64,000 bases of DNA from Gammaproteobacteria bacterium (GTDB lineage: Bacteria > Pseudomonadota > Gammaproteobacteria > UBA5335 > SLRW01), in the NCBI GenBank assembly GCA_035638775.1, contig DASQZJ010000014.1, positions 13,119 to 77,118 on the forward strand, given 5' to 3'. Positions 61,486-64,000 of the stretch are shown here, in pieces. The notes below the pieces were generated by a model. The model saw only the letters and a list, made by a program, of their open reading frames with translations, was not told the DNA's origin and ran no database searches. Numbering within the stretch: the stretch's first letter is position 1; every line of letters starts with the position of its first letter. Both the position numbers and the translations under genes were made by a program.

Positions 61486-62676
61486 ATGCCCGGACCACTG
61501 CACGGCTACCGCATCGTCGACGTCACCTCAATGGTATCCGGCCCCCTGGCAACCATGATGCTGGCCGACCAGGGCGCCGAGGTGATCAAGGTTGAGAATC
61601 CCGCCGGGGGTGACCTTACGCGGCTGGCACCGAACCGGCAGGGCGGCCTTTCGGCGGCGTTCCTCAACAACAACCGCAACAAGCGCTCGGTGACGCTGGA
61701 CCTCAAGCACGACCGGGGCCGGGAGGTGTTCCTGCGCCTTGTGGCCTCGGCGGACGTGTTCGTACAGAACTTCCGACCCGGCGTGGCCGAGCGCATGGGG
61801 ATCGGCGAAGAGGCCCTCCGGCGGGCGGCGCCCGGGATCGTCTACGTCTCCATCAGTGGCTTCGGCGAGCACGGCCCCTACGCGGCCCAGCCGGTGTACG
61901 ATCCGCTGATCCAGGCGCTGTCGGGGCTGACCACCATCCAGGCCGGCTCCGACGAGCAGCGTCCGCGCCTGGTCCGGACGATCCTCCCGGACAAGCTCAC
62001 CGGCATCACCGCCGCCCAGGCGATTACCGCCGCCCTGCTGTCCCGGGAACGGGGCGGTCCCGGCCAGCACGTGAAGGTGTCGATGCTGGGCGCGGTGATC
62101 GCCTTCCTCTGGTCCTCGGACATGGGCGGACAGACCTTCGTCGACCGGGAGATCTCCCAGCAGCGCGCGGCCAGCTTCATCGACCTCATCTACGAGACTG
62201 CCGACGGCTACGTCAGCGTCGCGGTGCAGTCCGACCGCGAGTGGCAGGCGCTGGCCCGCGCACTGGACCATCCCGAATGGCTGGAAGACGAGCGCTTCGC
62301 CACGCCGGCGCTGCGCCACGAGAACATCGACGAGCGCCTGGCGCTGACACAGGAAGCATTGCGCCCGCTGCGGGCGGAGCACTGCCTGGCCCGGCTGCGC
62401 GAAGCGGGGATCCCGTGCGCCCCGGTGCTGACGCGCAGCGAGATGATCCGGCATCCGCAGATCACCGCCAACGGGATCATCCTGGAGTCCGGGCACCCCC
62501 GCGCCGGGCGGCTGCGGCAGGCGGCGCCGCCGGCCCGGTTCTCGCGCGATCCCGCCGGCATCCGCCGCGGTGCTCCGGCGCTCGGGGAGGACACCGACGC
62601 CGTGCTCGCCGAACATGGCTATTCCGCCGCGGAGATCGACCGCCTGCGCCAGGCCGGGGCATTCGGCCAGGGCTGA
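61486..62676 (+). CDS. family III CoA-transferase (CaiB/BaiF)
   Basis: 396 aa. GYRIVDVTSMVSGPLATMMLADQGAEVIKVENPAGGDLTR and ADVFVQNFRPG motifs. Confidence 0.9.
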   Translation: MPGPLHGYRIVDVTSMVSGPLATMMLADQGAEVIKVENPAGGDLTRLAPNRQGGLSAAFLNNNRNKRSVTLDLKHDRGREVFLRLVASADVFVQNFRPGVAERMGIGEEALRRAAPGIVYVSISGFGEHGPYAAQPVYDPLIQALSGLTTIQAGSDEQRPRLVRTILPDKLTGITAAQAITAALLSRERGGPGQHVKVSMLGAVIAFLWSSDMGGQTFVDREISQQRAASFIDLIYETADGYVSVAVQSDREWQALARALDHPEWLEDERFATPALRHENIDERLALTQEALRPLRAEHCLARLREAGIPCAPVLTRSEMIRHPQITANGIILESGHPRAGRLRQAAPPARFSRDPAGIRRGAPALGEDTDAVLAEHGYSAAEIDRLRQAGAFGQG

Positions 62677-62828
62677 CGGGAGAGCGACGCAAGGGCCCCG
62701 CCCCGGCCGGCGTCCCGGCGGCGCATGCGCCGGACCGGCGCCGATTGCGACGGCGCAAGAGACTCCCGCGAGGCCGCGGCCGACGATCGCTCCGGATCGC
62801 CCGCCGGTCGCGCAAGATCGTCGTCTAT

Positions 62829-62856
62829 GGAACACTTTGGCCCCGGAGCATTCAAA
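62829..62856 (+). promoter_or_regulatory. sigmaE-type promoter motif upstream of the htrA-like gene
   Basis: GGAACAC (62829-62835), a 16-nt spacer, then TCAAA (62852-62856). Lies 154 nt upstream of the protease ATG. degP/htrA/mucD genes are classical sigmaE/AlgU targets. Confidence 0.4.
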
Positions 62857-63009
62857 GCAGTTGTGGTGTGCCGCAACGTACGGCGATCCACCACGCTGTT
62901 GCGAGGGGACCGATTTCCGGGACCGGAAAGAGCCCGGAAGAGGTCCTCTTTGGCTTGTACGGGGCACGCAAATCCACTCCCAGGCAGAACCAGACAAGGG
63001 GCATTCAGG

Positions 63010-64000
63010 ATGAAATCCAGAATCTTGGCGCTTGCCGCGCTGCTCTTCGCGGGCACCGTCGTCTACGCGGCGCTCGCCGCCGCACCTGTCGCGGATCAGC
63101 CGGCCTACGCCCAGAGCGGCGGCCGTCTCGCCTACGAGCAGAACACCATCGACGTGGTGAACAAGTACGGGCCGAGCGTGGTCGCGATCAACGTCACCGT
63201 GAAGGGCAAGCGCGTCAATCCGATGGAGAACGTGCCGCCGCAGTTCCGGCAGTTCTTCAAGCAGTTCATGCCGCCCGGCTACAACAGCCAGCAGGGATTC
63301 CAGCCGGTGGAACGTGCCGCGGGCAGCGGCTTCGTGGTGGACAACCAGGACGAGATCATCACCAACTACCACGTGGTCGCGGATGCGCTGGAGAGCGACA
63401 AGGCCAAGCTCGCCAGCAACGCCAAGGTGACCGTACGCTTCGCCGGCGAAAAGAAGGAGCTTCCGGTGAAGGTGGTGGGCGTGGACCAGTCCTACGATCT
63501 CGCCCTGTTGCGGGTCGCGAGCAAGGACAAGGACAAGATCCCCAAGGACGTCAAGCCGATCCCGCTGGCCGACTCCAACAAGGTCCAGGTCGGCGAGAAG
63601 GCGATTGCCATCGGCAATCCGTTCGGCCTCCAGTCGACCGTGACCCAGGGCATCGTGTCCGCCCTGAACCGGCGCCAGGAGGCCATGGTGAGCGGCGTGC
63701 CGATCTCCTACATCCAGACCGACGCGGCCATCAATCCGGGCAACTCCGGCGGTCCGCTGCTGAACTCCAGGGGCCAGGTGATCGGGATCAACGACGAGAT
63801 CCTGGCGCCCCACGGCACCTTCATCGGGGTCGGCTTCGCCATCCCCAGCAACCTGATCCGCGAGCACCTTTCCGAGCTCCAGAAGGGCGGGTTCATCAAG
63901 AAGGCGCAGATCGGCATCAGCGTGATCTCGCTCAACGACTACCCCGATTCCGTGCGCCAGACACTGAACCTGCCGGATCACGGCGTCATGATCGTCCAGG
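63010..64000 (+). CDS. periplasmic serine endoprotease, HtrA/DegP/MucD family (C-terminus beyond the window)
   Basis: Not in the ORF track (no stop in the window). Hand translation from ATG 63010 gives MKSRILALAALLFAGTVVYA (signal peptide) ... GSGFVVDNQDEIITNYHVV ... YDLALLRV ... TDAAINPGNSGGPLLN, the full Ser-protease triad context. Confidence 0.9.
   Translation, partial: MKSRILALAALLFAGTVVYAALAAAPVADQPAYAQSGGRLAYEQNTIDVVNKYGPSVVAINVTVKGKRVNPMENVPPQFRQFFKQFMPPGYNSQQGFQPVERAAGSGFVVDNQDEIITNYHVVADALESDKAKLASNAKVTVRFAGEKKELPVKVVGVDQSYDLALLRVASKDKDKIPKDVKPIPLADSNKVQVGEKAIAIGNPFGLQSTVTQGIVSALNRRQEAMVSGVPISYIQTDAAINPGNSGGPLLNSRGQVIGINDEILAPHGTFIGVGFAIPSNLIREHLSELQKGGFIKKAQIGISVISLNDYPDSVRQTLNLPDHGVMIVQ

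Noticed and set aside
61528-63981. 817-aa minus-strand ORF
   Set aside because: It is antisense to the CoA-transferase and HtrA-like genes.

Overview
Very GC-rich chromosomal segment, almost certainly from a gammaproteobacterium. Gene order follows conserved Pseudomonas-type blocks: thiC / tolC / waaA-lpxL-kdkA ... ilvE-glnE; groESL; cutA-dsbD-aroQ-accBC-prmA-DUF3426-fis-purHD; rho-trxA/rhlB-cysQ. I can support about 65 protein genes. Two of them run off the window edges and are missing from the ORF track: thiC at the left edge and an HtrA/DegP protease at the right edge. I also call a TPP riboswitch, a perfect CIRCE operator on groESL, a few intrinsic terminators and two sigmaE-type promoter motifs. 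I saw no rRNA, tRNA, CRISPR array, transposase or integrase. Most of the window is housekeeping. The regions worth a second look are: (1) 26.1-29.5 kb, an ECF sigma / zf-HC2 anti-sigma / Gln-rich secreted protein / small TPR+beta-barrel outer-membrane protein module, which I rank as the best candidate for an undescribed envelope signalling or export system; (2) two structurally similar AT-rich inverted-repeat elements, each enclosing a GC-rich core of about 110 nt, at convergent gene junctions (25.93-26.11 kb and 52.17-52.35 kb); (3) 42.4-45.7 kb, a decayed MFS transporter gene next to an orphan Mu-type Ner / CI-like (S24) switch with no phage body, followed by an unknown beta-barrel protein; (4) a dsbD position occupied by a stand-alone DsbD alpha domain plus a TlpA-like thioredoxin, with no membrane beta domain; (5) an LPS inner-core cluster carrying a Kdo kinase and a TagF-like glycerophosphotransferase. 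Many long ORFs in the track are antisense or read-through shadows typical of high-GC DNA, and I rejected them. All family assignments come from reading motifs by eye; no database search was run.
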